Origin: Vicugna vicugna
Lineage: Eukaryota
DNA length: 64,000 nucleotides
Direction: 5' to 3'
Assembly: GCA_013265495.1 (NCBI GenBank)
Contig: MU058384.1
Location: forward strand, 4,956,792-5,020,791
The notes beneath the pieces were generated by a model. The model was not told where the DNA came from, did not search any database, and saw only the letters and a list, made by a program, of their open reading frames with translations. The position numbers and the translations under genes were made by a program. Positions within the stretch are counted from its first letter, which is position 1. Each line of letters opens with the position of its first letter. This document shows, piece by piece, positions 49,907-62,242 of the stretch.

Positions 49907-51237
49907 TAAATGATTTGTGATAGGCAAACAATCTAGAATCATAGACGTGTCTAAATAGTGAGTTGAGCACAGACATCACTCCTTATTTTCCCATAGAGAT
50001 ACAACTATGCAGTAAATATATATATATACACACGTAAAGTCAAAGTTAATATATATAAAGTCAAAGTTAATATATATCAACATAATTTTAAGGTTAGCTA
50101 TTTACTCAATATTTTGTATAAATCCTATGAACCCCTGGGTTTAATTGATTTTATTTGTACGTGAATGGTCTTCCAGTTTAGAGTAGCTAATCCTTACCCT
50201 TCAAACAACTGAGAATGAAAATAAATAATCATCGACCACACATACTTAAAGTTTCAGAGTTTATAGCATTTCTTAGGCCAGTGTTCCTATTCATAGATGA
50301 GAAGTCAGTGTTCCAGTGATTTACCCAGTCATCTTTTTGTGAGGGGGGAAATTATCATAAATATTTTTTTCCTTTTCCTTCTTTATTCACTCAGTCTATT
50401 CTATGTCCAAGCTCACATCTAGAGATATGAAATATACAAATTCTAAAATGAGATTAATTGACATCTTGTTGCTTTCGTTTTCAGAGCCTGAAAAAAAACT
50501 TCCCTTGGGGGCCGGGTTGGGGGGAAGGCTAATGACAGTATTCAAAATTGAATTGTTCAATTTCTGCCAGGTATGAAACACCTAAAAAATAATATCACTT
50601 TTTTTGGCTTGAAATATCTAGAGAATTTCTTACTTGCTATATAGGTATTACTGTTTTTTGAGGTTTTGTTAAACTGTATCTGAGACTTTGAACAGAGCAG
50701 ACCGTTCCTGGAGCTTGAACACATGAATTGAACCTACACCACTACCTTTGCCCTGTAAGTGGAAGCTTGGCTCAAATATAAATTCCAGAAGAACCTCTGT
50801 GTCCAAATCAGAGGCATAAAGAACTAGAGATATTATTATATATCTAGACTAGACTTTTAAACATACCCTCATGGGAGTATTAAGATTTATAATGTTGTTT
50901 TTTATAACATTCTGTTTCAGGACTAAAGGTACTAGAACAAAAGCATTAAAATTTTGTCTTCCAAGGTTTTTCGAGGACTATATTCATGACTGTGCTGGGG
51001 AAAAAATCTGAAAGTTTACAACTAAATCAATGCTTGTGAAATTTCCAGTCTGTTCTCCTTGGACTAAGAATGTTAGACTAAATAGTAGAATGTTACACTG
51101 AATTGCATTTTGGAGGTTTTCTTGAACCCTGAAAAGCATGTATGTGTGTGTGTGCGTGTGTAATCACACAGTGGTGATTACCCAAAGAAATAGTTACATT
51201 GACTGAATTCCTGATTAAAGGGACTAGAGATCATTTG

Positions 51238-51404
51238 TTTTATTTATTTTATTTTATTTTATTTTATGCTATGGGCTTTTGACTAGCAAACCTTTATAAG
51301 ATGCACTTTAGAACTTTTTTTATTTTATTTTATTTTATTTTATTTTATTTTATGCTATGGGCTTTTGACTAGCAAAACTTTATAAGATGCACAATAGAAC
51401 TTTT
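51238..51404. repeat. ~86-bp tandem duplication containing (ATTTT)n
   Basis: atgctatgggcttttgactagcaaa.ctttataagatgcac...agaactttt occurs at 51266 and at 51352. Confidence 0.92.
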
Positions 51405-52647
51405 ACCGCTTAACAAATTTTAAATGATCATTAAGAAGTACTTTCCCCCCAACCGTTATTTAATACTGGAGAAGAATTTATCTTTTTGGTGCATTCAAGG
51501 CTTGTATCAGTTACATGGCACATAAATAAAGGAGTTAAGAAAAGCTAAAGGACTTCCAGAATGACTGTAGGCTACAGGAGCAATAAGAAAGTACAAACAA
51601 TGTGGTATATTTATAAAAATTGGCAAACAACAGACTGAGGCCGGGGATAGAGGGGAGAGTTGCCTTCTCTCTGTTGGTCCCTGTGCAAGAACAGTTAAAT
51701 CAAGTTACAGCCTGACCCGCGGGGAAAGTACGGTTCAGCAGTCTCACAATTATCACTGTTGTTCAGCTGTAAGAGAAAGAAGGGTTTTTTGTTGTTGTTG
51801 CTATATTTTGTTTTGATTTGAAGAAGTGTTTCAGCAAGTTTAGGAAGAGGAAGTTAAATCCATGCCAAGTGATCTCTGATTTTTGTGGGTATTCCCTTTT
51901 GCTTTGCTCCAGAGCTGGGAATTTCCCTTTCTTTCTCCATGTTTGCTCCACTCCAGCTCATTGGTGGAGCAGCTTGCAAATAAGCCTTTTCCTAGATCTG
52001 CCCCTTTTTATGGAAGCCATGCCTAAACAGAAAGTTTTTGATCTATTTGAGTACAGTACAACAATTCAGGCAAAATTTCATCCTTCAAAGAATCTTTTTT
52101 CCCAGCCCAGAAGACAATTCATAGACGCAGAAGAACATTTTCTCACCTGATTATCTCAAAGTTAGCATATATAAAGATATACAATTTGGTAATTTCAAAT
52201 TAGGAATTTATAGTTTTGTCAATTTAAACTAGTTTTGTAATTTAAAAGTTTAAATGATTGCATATTAACTATTATCATTCATTAGAATAGAATAAAAATA
52301 TGAAGATAATAAACTAGGGCTTATAATCTATTTTCAGTTTCTTCATTTATGGCACAATACTGAATAGTAACTGAATATTGACAGTTTCCATCACCTGCAA
52401 TCATATTTCTTATTTGACTCATAGATTTAAAAAGCTTCAATAAGAAACCAGTGTTTTTTTTTTTCATTTTCAAAGATAGGTATAATTTAAAATAATTTTA
52501 ATTCTAAATCTTGTTATTTTATGCCCATAATTTGGCTGCAGAAGAGCGTAATGCTGAGCACAGATTGTAATGGTTCATGTTAGTCCTTGTATAAAACATT
52601 CAGGTGTCTGTATTAGTCTGTACACTGAAGTTATTAAAAACAGAGTC

Positions 52648-53262
52648 ATATCTGGAGGGAACTTTAATTCAAAAAGATACAACCATCCCAATGTTCATAG
52701 TAGCACTATTTATAACAGCCAAGACATGGAAACAACCTAAATGTCCATCGACAGATGACTGGATAAAGAAATGTGGTATATTTATATAATGGAATACTAC
52801 TCAGCTCTAAAAAAGAATAAAATAATGCCATTTGCTGCAACATGAGTGGACCTGGAGATCGTCATTCTAAGTGAAGTAGGCCAGAAAGAGAAAGAAAAAA
52901 ATCATATGATACCACTTATATATGGAATCTTAAAAAAAAAAAAGACACAAATGAGCTTATTTACAAAACAGAAACAGACTCACAGACATAGAAAACAAAC
53001 TTATGGTTACCGGGGGAAAGAGAGTGGGAAGGGATAAAATGGGAGTTCGAGACTTGCAGATACTAAATACTATATATAAAATAAACAACATGTTTCTTCA
53101 GTACAGCACAGGGAACTGTATTTAATATCCTGTAGTAACCTATAATGAAAAAGAATACAAAAACAAATATGTGTATGTATATGTATGACTGAAACTTTAT
53201 GCTCTACACCAGAAATTGACACAACATTGTAAACTGACTATACCTCAATTTAAAAAGAAAAA
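52648..53262 (+). mobile_element. 5'-truncated L1 (end of ORF2 plus 3'UTR)
   Basis: ORF remnants ..IQKDTTIPMFIVALFITAKTWKQPKCPSTDDWIKK and DLEIVILSEV.. match the L1 ORF2p C-terminus; A-rich tail. Confidence 0.92.
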
Positions 53263-53349
53263 GACATTGATTCTACTCTGGGGTTGAGTATGACCCTGAG
53301 GGCCAAAGACATGAACATACGCACCTTGAATGATTGGTTCTTCTCTATA

Positions 53350-53590
53350 TGGCTGGACTGGGGCTAAGGATCAGTATTCCTAATTATGCCTTTTGCCTCA
53401 GGCTCCAATACAGCTTTGTAGGACCTTACAAATTTTGATATTTTATTCTTTGTGACTTTTTGGCATAAATTGAGATTTTAAAAATGATTACATTAAAATA
53501 TGATTTCTCTAGATTACTGAGTTTTGAGGGCCTTCTTAAATTTTGTGCCCAAAGCAAGTACCTCGCCCCCCTTATTCTGGTTCTGACCCA
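53350..53590. mobile_element. Probable hAT-Tip100-type DNA transposon remnant (approximate bounds)
   Basis: ttgcctcaggctccaata...cttaaattttgtgcccaaagcaagtacctcgc resembles hAT-Tip100 ends. Confidence 0.4.
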
Positions 53591-53949
53591 GCTTTTCTGT
53601 TTGGGCTCTGTTTTCCCTAGTCTCTAGAGTGAAAATCGAGGTTATCTCTAATTTCTTGGAATGCTTAGTACCTAGAACAGTACTCCCACAGAATAGATGT
53701 TTGATAAGTGGTTAGTGAGATTGCTGACGAAGACGGGTTTATTGTTTAAGCCTAGTCTCTTCCAATAAAATGAGCCCAGTGATATGGGCCATGGGGCCCT
53801 GACAGTGTGCTTCGCGACCTCTCCTGGGCGGTGGGGAGAGAGGAGTGGCACCTCTGGAGAGTCATAGGCTCATTCTCTACGTGTGAGCAACTGCAAACTG
53901 ATCTTGAACCCAGCCCCTGCCCTTGAGTGCGGCTGCAATCTACATGACA

Positions 53950-54140
53950 GTAGCACACAGAGATTGTGGAACCAGATCCCCTGGGTTCACAGCTTGGCTG
54001 GGCCACTCACCGCCTTCATGGCTCTGGGCAAGTTACATAACTTCTGCGCTCAGTTGTTTTTTTTTTAAATCTATAATATGGGATTTTAATAGTACCTGCC
54101 TCGTGAGATTTCTGTGAGGGCTAGGTGAATTAATATCTGC
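53950..54140 (+). mobile_element. MIR SINE remnant
   Basis: ctgggttcaca...ctctgggcaagttacataac...aatagtacctgcctc. Confidence 0.7.
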
Positions 54141-55989
54141 ATCTTGAACCACATTCTCGAGAAGACTGCCTGAGGCAAAAGCTTAGATGTTACCTCTATT
54201 AGGGAGTGAGACCCTTGGAAAGAGGAGGGGTTGGAAAAGGAATTTAGTGAGGCAGGAACGGAGGGAGAGCAAATTCAAGAGGGTGTGCTGCTGGGCTGGC
54301 CACGGTCTACTGGTTGCAAGGTCTCACAGGACCTCTCAAAGAGGCTGTAGGAAAACATGTAGAAACAGGATCTCAGAGAGGAGGATGAGCAAATAGTTCA
54401 CCTGCTGGTCCCTTCCCGTCTCCTCCCTTTCACTGGTCAAAGTTGACCCATGCAGTTTTAACTCCACCTCACATCCAAATTATATTGGCTGGCTCTCCAG
54501 ACAGCTGTTAGGAAAGCAAGAATGTCCATGGATCCCAGCCACCTGGTGTGCAGGTCACGTGGTCTCTGTGTCAGTCAGGAACTAGCATAGTGTTTCTTTT
54601 CATCCTTGGAGGCCACCGTGCTGTGGCTTTACATAAAGCCATATTATTGGAATCTGGAGTTTTCCCAATATCACCAACCCTGGAAACCAGCTGCTGCTCC
54701 CTCAGCAAAGGAATTTTTTGTAGGTTTGAGGAAGCACTTGTTTTTTGCACTGACTGGTCCCTCTGCCTTGTAAGTGATACTTGTGGTCTTCAAAGAGCAG
54801 GATTCTTTGGGTCATTTAGAGCTCAACACAAAAGCTACTGCCTCAGAAAGGCCTTCCAATGACCAGCACGGCTCTCCTCATTCTCATATGAAGAGATACA
54901 AGGGCACTCTTCTTCCCTTAGACTTTTATTTCTGTTTTTAAAAAGGTTATACCTTTGCCTCACAAATGAAGGACACTTTATGTCATAAAAGGAAAGGGTG
55001 TGCATCTGGGCCGTCAGCTTGCTCTCACACCCTGCCGCTTGGCAGTTCACACAGTCAAACCACAAATGGAACTAATGTCTCATTATTAGCTTCCCATCAC
55101 ATCTGACCTATTGTGAATCAGCCCCCTCTCCCTATCAATATCAAAATTGGCTTGTTCAGGATGTGAAACGATGTCATTTCTCTTCCTGTTTCTTTTTCGT
55201 TTTCTTTAGAACCATTAATTTCGACTTTGAACTTTTGGCTTGTAGTACCTAAGGCTGGCAACTGAAATTTGGAAAGAAGAATCCATGAAACACAAATATC
55301 AGAGATACTTTTTACCTTATTACCTTCCCTCTTCATCTCTGCACTTCCCTGTCCCCATGGAACAAGTGTCTGGGGGACCCTGTGCTACCCACATCCTCAG
55401 TTCTTTATTGCAGATATTTGTGTTACTCAGGGTTTGATCTCATCTTTAGTCAATACAATGCTAAGTAATTCTCAAATCTTGAGAATTTATCTTGTGGCAA
55501 AGATAACATACAATTAAAAAATTAAAACAAAATGTTCTAAGATGTGTCCTGTAATTATGGTTTATTTAATTAAGGGAAAACACTTAATTGACAGGTTACT
55601 ATCCCTGTTTCAAAATTAACAGGGGTCTTTATGGCCTCTGTTTTCTTATTGTCCCACCACCCACCACTAAGTAAGTTCTGTATAAAGGATAATGATCAGA
55701 ACTGGCATCTTTATTTAACAAATCCAGGAATAAACGCTGTCATCAGCAGCTGAGTCTCTCTGCTTTCATGCAGCACAACCATCTGCTTGCTGGATGCTTA
55801 TTTCTATGACGTCTTGACCATAATCATCCAGGATCTGGTTGGAACCCACCAGTGATGGGACCGTACAACCCTGTGAGACAAGTCTTTCCGTTTCAGAGAA
55901 TCTCTAATCATTAGGAAGGTCTTTCTGTATGTTAAGATGCAATCCATATCTTTCTGATATTGGCCCACTGATTCTTGTTCACCCTACAA

Positions 55990-56176
55990 AGTAGCATTTC
56001 ACAAATTGTGCTCTGTGGACCACCTGTATCAGAGTCACCTGTGGTTCTTGTGGAAATGGAGTTCCCTGACTCTTCTCCACGCTGGGCCATTTGAATGGCC
56101 ACTAGCAGCTACAGAGCTTAGATCCCTGTTTTCATAAGCTCCTCCTGCACAACTGTGTTTGAAGATCAGTGCTCTG
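55990..56176. mobile_element. MER5A-like element (approximate bounds)
   Basis: tcacaaattgtgctctgtggaccacctgtatcagagtcacctg...tttgaagatcagtgctct. Confidence 0.6.
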
Positions 56177-56870
56177 AAGCTGAAGAAAATAACAAGGTCA
56201 GTGTCTCTTATGCACCCAGCCCTTCAGATTGTTGAAGAGAGGTATTATTATCTCTGTTTCTCCATGTCATCTGTTCTCCAGACCAAGCCTTCCAATTTTT
56301 CCAATTAGCTCTCATAGGACATGGCTCCAAGTCTCATTCTCTTTGAACTGGTTTCATTTTAATGGAGTTTGCCCTAAAATGTGATGCCTAGAACATTCTA
56401 TAATGCTCCAGCTGTGCCCTGCCAGCGGTAGGAGGTGAGGCGAAATGAAGGGACCAGTTCCTTAGCACAGAAACTGTATTCTTATAAGAGAAGCCATTAA
56501 TGAAATTAAATGCATTTATTTGGTTCAAGAAATTCAATGAGCCATTGCAAATTTGGTCTAGAAAGAAATAGCTTAAATATAATTGGATTTTCAAAGAGAA
56601 GACTACTTACATGTTAGCTTGAGTGCTATGTATGGTAAAACTTCATTATTCTGGATTGCCAATTTGCAATTTTGTTGACATAGGTTTAAGATAAAGATGT
56701 CTTTGGCTTATTTATGCTAAGCGGATTCAGTAAAAGCAAAAAATAGTATAAAAGATTGCAGGGAGATAATTAGCCTACTTGAGAGAACATATTTTTCAAG
56801 CATGTGGTCTGATATTATCTATTTAAGTACTCTTAATTTATATATTAATAAAATATTTTTGTTATTTATG

Positions 56871-56932
56871 CTGAGCTTGTGTGAGGTACTTGGTTCGAGT
56901 CCCAGTACCTCCATTTGAAAAAGGAAGAAAAA
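56871..56932 (+). mobile_element. 5'-truncated camelid-type SINE fragment
   Basis: gaggtacttggttcgagtcccagtacctccattt plus an A-rich tail (B box and 3' body only). Confidence 0.65.
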
Positions 56933-57932
56933 TGAAATCAAGTTCTTTTTGACCTAATAGAATCTCATCATATAGCTATGAAAGAACAAAATTGCATTTA
57001 TTTAAAGAATATAATATAATTCATAGTTTTCATTAGTTTAGACTGGTCTCCTCCCCGGCTTGTCTACTGCGTCTAACACTTGGTAGACCAGCTAAGGACT
57101 GATCATTTTCCTGACATAATTTAAGATGTTTACCTCTTCGTACTTCATATGGTAACCTGGTGGTTATTTCTAAATAGCCTGGTGGAGCAGATATTTCTAA
57201 AAATAAGTGTGGGGCAGTTTGTACGTCTTTGCCCCAAAGTCATTTAACATCAATACCAGTCGATCCTGGTTTTTCTGCTCCCTCTTTGACAGATTCTAGT
57301 CTCCTTCCCACAGCTCCTCTTCCTCCTCCCTGCTCTCCAAAGCTGGTACTTCCATCCTCCGCTTTCTCTGACCAGCTCTCTCTCTTTTGGAGTGTTCATT
57401 CATTCTGATGGCCTTTTCTCAAATTACCCTCTACCAGTGACTTCCCAACATCTCTAGTTCAATCCTCTGGGCCAATTGCTGCCATTTGATTTCAAAAACA
57501 AAGTAAATGTTTATCAAACATCTGCTCTGTGGTCTTTCCTAACAGGAATCTTATTTTATCTTCATAACAAGGTTGTGATGTAGGTTATGTTACTCCTGTT
57601 CAAATATGGGGAAATTGAGGCTTACAAAGTCATATTCAACATTGCCTTAAACTCAACATTAGTTTGTGAGGATGGTTTGGTTATTGTCTATCCCCGTGAC
57701 GTCTCTGTGATGTTTGGAGATTGTATCTGCTTTCTGCTCAACAATTGTATCTGGCCTGGTGTAGAGTAAGAACTAAATGAACATTTGAGAATGAGGGAAC
57801 GAATGGGTAGACAAACATTTTAGGTAGATGATAGGTAGCAATTAGTTTGATTTGAGGAGTTCAAAAACAGCAGGGAGACTAGGAAGCAATTGCAATAGCC
57901 CAGGTAAGAGATGTAAAGAGATGGATGTGACT

Positions 57933-57983
57933 TGGTGGTGGTGATGGTGATGGTGATGGTGATGGTGATGGTGATGGTGATGG
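57933..57983. repeat. (GGTGAT)n hexanucleotide repeat
   Basis: Read directly. Confidence 0.95.
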
Positions 57984-58189
57984 GGGACATGGAGAGACAT
58001 GCTCCTAGTTTACAGGAGAGAGGACTTTCATTCAGAGTGGACTGTGCCTTACAAAGATCTTTAGGCTCTTATACTCACAAAATTTGGAATCTAGTGACTA
58101 GACTCCCAATGTTCTGGCTGGGTGATCAGGTACAGGATGTTGCCATCAACTCAGTCTGGGAATACAGGAGACAAAATCTTCAGGTTTTT

Positions 58190-58346
58190 TGTTTGTTTGT
58201 TTGTTTGTTTGTTTGTTTTTGTTTTATGAGGGAGAGGTAATTAGGTTTATTTATTTCTTCCTATTTGGAGGAGGTGCTGGGGATTGAACCCAGAACCTTG
58301 TGCATGCTAAGCACATGCTCTACCACTTGAGCTATACCCTCCCTCC
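58190..58346 (-). mobile_element. Camelid-type tRNA-derived SINE (Vic-1-like)
   Basis: Reverse SINE body with (TTTG)n tail. Exact 14-bp TSD atcttcaggttttt at 58176-58189 and 58347-58360. Confidence 0.92.
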
Positions 58347-58754
58347 ATCTTCAGGTTTTTGAGCATTCTGTTTCTCAAGCACCATTTTCATCATGTTACT
58401 CTCCTACTCAAGAATCCACAATGACTTTCTACTGCACCTCAGAAAAGATACTGATTTTTTATTTTGGTACCCAAAGAACTTGTTTTGATATGCAATAACT
58501 TTTTACTGTCTTCTCTCCTGATTCTACTCGGATTATAAGCCCCTTTAAGGGCTGGGAGAATATCACATAGTTTTTATTGTTGCTACTGTTACTGTTACAA
58601 TACAGGACCTAGCACAGTACTTGGTGAATTTGTGTGTGATTCTAATTTGCTTAAAGAATTTGAAAAGTGATACCTTTGAAATTCATGATCATGAATGTGG
58701 AGTGATTTAGCAACATAATAATGCCACTTACCTTTACCTGAATCTATGTTACAA

Positions 58755-58935
58755 TTCATAATAATAGCAAACACTTATATAGTATATTTTATATGATAGA
58801 CATTAATTCTAAGTGCTTTAGTTCTATTGACTCATTTAATCCTTACAACAACCCTGTAAGATAGATATCAGTATTATCCCCATTTTATAGGTGAGGACAC
58901 TGAGGAGGTTAAGAACATTGTTTAGGTTGCACAGC
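58755..58935 (-). mobile_element. MIR SINE remnant
   Basis: ctcatttaatccttacaacaaccctgtaag...attatccccattttataggtgaggacactgagg. Confidence 0.75.
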
Positions 58936-60917
58936 TCCTATTTCTAGTCCAGTATTTCCATAGTACTAGTGATTGGATGTCTGACTTAAACAAATGCTTT
59001 CAAATGAGAGCATGTATCTTAGGGAACAAACTACAGAATCCAGTGTTACCATGCATATAACAAATATTGAATTTCTGGCTGAGATTTCCTAGGTCAGATG
59101 TGCATGTGTGAACCACTGAAATACTGTAAGAATACTTACTAAAACATCTTAGTCAAAGTAATCCTATATCGTGTTTTGAATTTCTGAAACGATGGACTGT
59201 TTATGTCCTGACCTTCAGGAGTAATTTTTATTGAACAGTTAGAGGAAAGTTTGTAACTTAGTAATTATACATTTTTACCACTTGGCTGAATTACTGATAG
59301 TTATTATTGCTATCAATTTTTCTGATTTGGTGACTTGAATTTAAATAATTAATTCACTAGGAATCAGTCCAGGCTCATCAATACACCCAAATAAGGGAAA
59401 ATAATGATAAGCATCACTTAAAGTTGTTCTCAGGATTGACTATTAATTTGTAAAATGTTTAAAGTAACTCTTGGTCCATGGCAATATGCAGTGAATGTAA
59501 ACTATTATTATCATCACTGTTATTATTAACCGAAGTGTTAATAGCCTATAACAGTGATCTTCTCAGGACAGCATTGCATTTCAGATAGTGGCACCCAGAA
59601 AAAGAATATTTTCTATGTATCCAGCTATCTCTGAGAACTCCTTTGGGATATCTCATTCATTATTTTTGCTTAAATCCTTGCTGACCTCACTTACGTTATT
59701 CCAGACCCCTGTGAGGGCTGATAATGGCCCTAATCTTACTCTCTGTTACATCAAAGTAGTATTTTTTCCCCAAGTGTATGTTCTGGGTGACATCTGGAGA
59801 CCCAGTACCCTAAGTTCAAAAGTAGAGCAAAGAAGCATCTAGCTGTAGTATAAAAAATGTTTTATTGCTCCTAACTACCAATTAGCAATGTATTAATTAG
59901 AGAAGATTAACATTGTGATCATATTTATCAAGTGCACCTTGCAGGATTGATGCCTCTGAATTCAACTTTATTTTTTGGTGATGGTTTCAACTACTTTTCC
60001 GTTTGTTCTGTCACTTGACATTAATATTGTTTAACAAATCAGGAAACAAAATATTCAAAACAAAGAAATCCACAAGAAAAAGATTTTGACTCATGAACGG
60101 GGTACCCCTAACTTTCCTTGCTGGGTAGAATGAATCATGCCTGGGTAATGACCTCAGGACAGATTTTTTTCAAACAAAATATTATATTTTCATTTTCCTT
60201 TTTCTTTGAATTTCGCTCTTACGGATTTGTGGTTATAATGAAACATCCCTCATATTTATTTCAGAGCTATCTTTTGAGCTTAGAGCCATTTCTCTGCCAA
60301 AGCTATAAACTTTAATGATGCCTAGGTAGGTACATTGGGAAATTGGTGTGAATAAATGAGCCACTGGACCATGGTGCTCTGTGAGACTAGTGGAGAAGTA
60401 GGCAAGACTCCTCCCAATCCTCAGGGATTCTTTTCCTTCTCACTCCCTGCTCTTGTCTCCCTTTTCTCTTCCCTTGTCTATTTCTTTTTCCTTTTATATT
60501 ATCAGTTCCTTTCCTTTACCTTCTTGGCTCCTGTCATTTCTCCATCCCTCCCTTCCCTTCCCCCTGCCACTCTCACTTCTTCCCTCCATTATTTATTTCC
60601 ATCCAGGCAATTCTGTGGGAGCTTGTAAATCCAAAATGCAAACTGCTGCTAAAAGACTAAAGGACTAAAGCTAAAACACTTGTCCACGTAATCTTTTTGT
60701 CCTTTCTTGCTTTCCCTACTTCCATAAGGATTCAATCCCAGCATAGCTTTACCTCTTGATTTACTCTTGCATTTACAGTCCTGCTCTTAGTCCTACCCAT
60801 TTATACTCTGCATCTGCATGTGATCTCACTCTTCTTTTTACTATTAGACTGCTGAGTTCTGCTCTGCACCACTTTCAGTGTCAGGCATCAACCTAGATGT
60901 CTTATGGGCCTGCACTG

Positions 60918-60981
60918 GGCCTGCCTGGCCTGCATAAAGGTGGGCACGGCCTGCCTGGCCTGCGTAAAGGTGGGCACGGCC
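60918..60981. repeat. 30-bp tandem duplication
   Basis: ggcctgcctggcctgc(a/g)taaaggtgggcac x2, followed by ggcc. Confidence 0.92.
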
Positions 60982-61285
60982 ATCTCTCAAGCTCACCCCT
61001 TCCCGAGATTTGCTAGGTCAGCCTCATCTCCTAGACTGAATGGTTTCACTGTTAATTTGGTATGACATTTATTCGTTCAATAAGTATTTATCAAGCCCTA
61101 TACATGATAATAAAGTGAAGAGCAACAGGCTTTTTTTTTTACATAAATTGCTTTTTTTTTTTTTTAGTTTCCTACTGTAAATTCTACAGAATGTAAGAAA
61201 GCAAATATTGTTATACATTTCATCTGGCCTCCTTCAAATAATACTGAATAAGTAACTTTTACACTAAATTTAATCCAACAGACAT

Positions 61286-62065
61286 TTTTTTAAATTGAGT
61301 TATGGCCAGTTTACAATGTTGTGTCAATTTCCGGTGTAGAGCACAATTTTTCGTCACACATTAATATACGTATATTCATTTCCACCATGAGCTACCACAA
61401 GATCTTGTATATATTTCCCTGTGCTATGCAGTAGAAACTTGTTTATCTATTCTATATATACCTGTCAGTATCTACCAATTTCAAACTCCCAGTCTGTCCT
61501 TTCCCACCACTCTCCCCCCTGGCAACCACAAGTTTGTATTCTGTCTATGAGTCTGTTTCTGTTTTATATTTAAGTTCATTTGTCTCCTTCTCCTTCTTCT
61601 TTTTTTAGATTCCACATATGAGTGATATTGTATGATATTTTTCTTTCTCTTTCTGGCTTACTTCACTTAGAATGACATTCTCCAGGGACAACCATGTTGC
61701 TGCAAATGACATTATGTTGTCATTTTTATGGCTAAATAGTATTCCATTGCATAAATATACCACATCTTCTTTATCCAGTTATCTGTCGATGAACATTTAG
61801 ACAGTTTCCATGACTTGGCTATTGTAAATAGTGTTGCTATGAACATTGGGGTGCTGGTGTCTTTTTGAATCAGAGTTCCTTCTGGATATATGCCCAGGAG
61901 TGGAATTACTGGGTCAAATGGTAAGTCTATTCCTAGTCTTTTGAGGAATCTCCATACTGTTTTCCATGATGGCTGCACCAAACTGCATTCACACCAGCAG
62001 TGGAGGAGTGTTCCCTTTCCTCCACAGCCTCTCCAGCATTTGCCATTTGTGGACTTTTGAAAGAT
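61286..62065 (-). mobile_element. 5'-truncated L1 (end of ORF2 plus 3'UTR)
   Basis: ORF 61712..62119 carries the L1 ORF2p C-terminus ([32 protein letters not shown]). TSD taa(t/c)ccaacagacat at 61271-61285 and 62066-62080. Confidence 0.95.
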
Positions 62066-62192
62066 TAACCCAACAGACATGTTAAAGTACAGTCCACATG
62101 GCACCAAACACTTACTCATCTTGTTTCATTGGCTCTAAATATGATGTTCTTATAAAATTAAACAAACAAACAAAAAACTCTTAGTGATTGAT

Positions 62193-62242
62193 AGAATTCT
62201 TCATTTTTGATTCAGACAGAATTCTTCATTTTTGATTCAGAC
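62193..62242. repeat. Perfect 25-bp tandem duplication
   Basis: agaattcttcatttttgattcagac x2. Confidence 0.95.

Noticed and set aside
54150..54560. Possible ancient ERVL/MaLR LTR remnant
   Set aside because: Only a vague resemblance; termini and family cannot be supported by eye.
57932..58240. ORF with VM repeats
   Set aside because: Translation of (GGTGAT)n running into a SINE tail.
61712..62119. 135-aa ORF with a Cys/His motif
   Set aside because: C-terminal remnant of L1 ORF2p in a 5'-truncated insertion, not a host gene.
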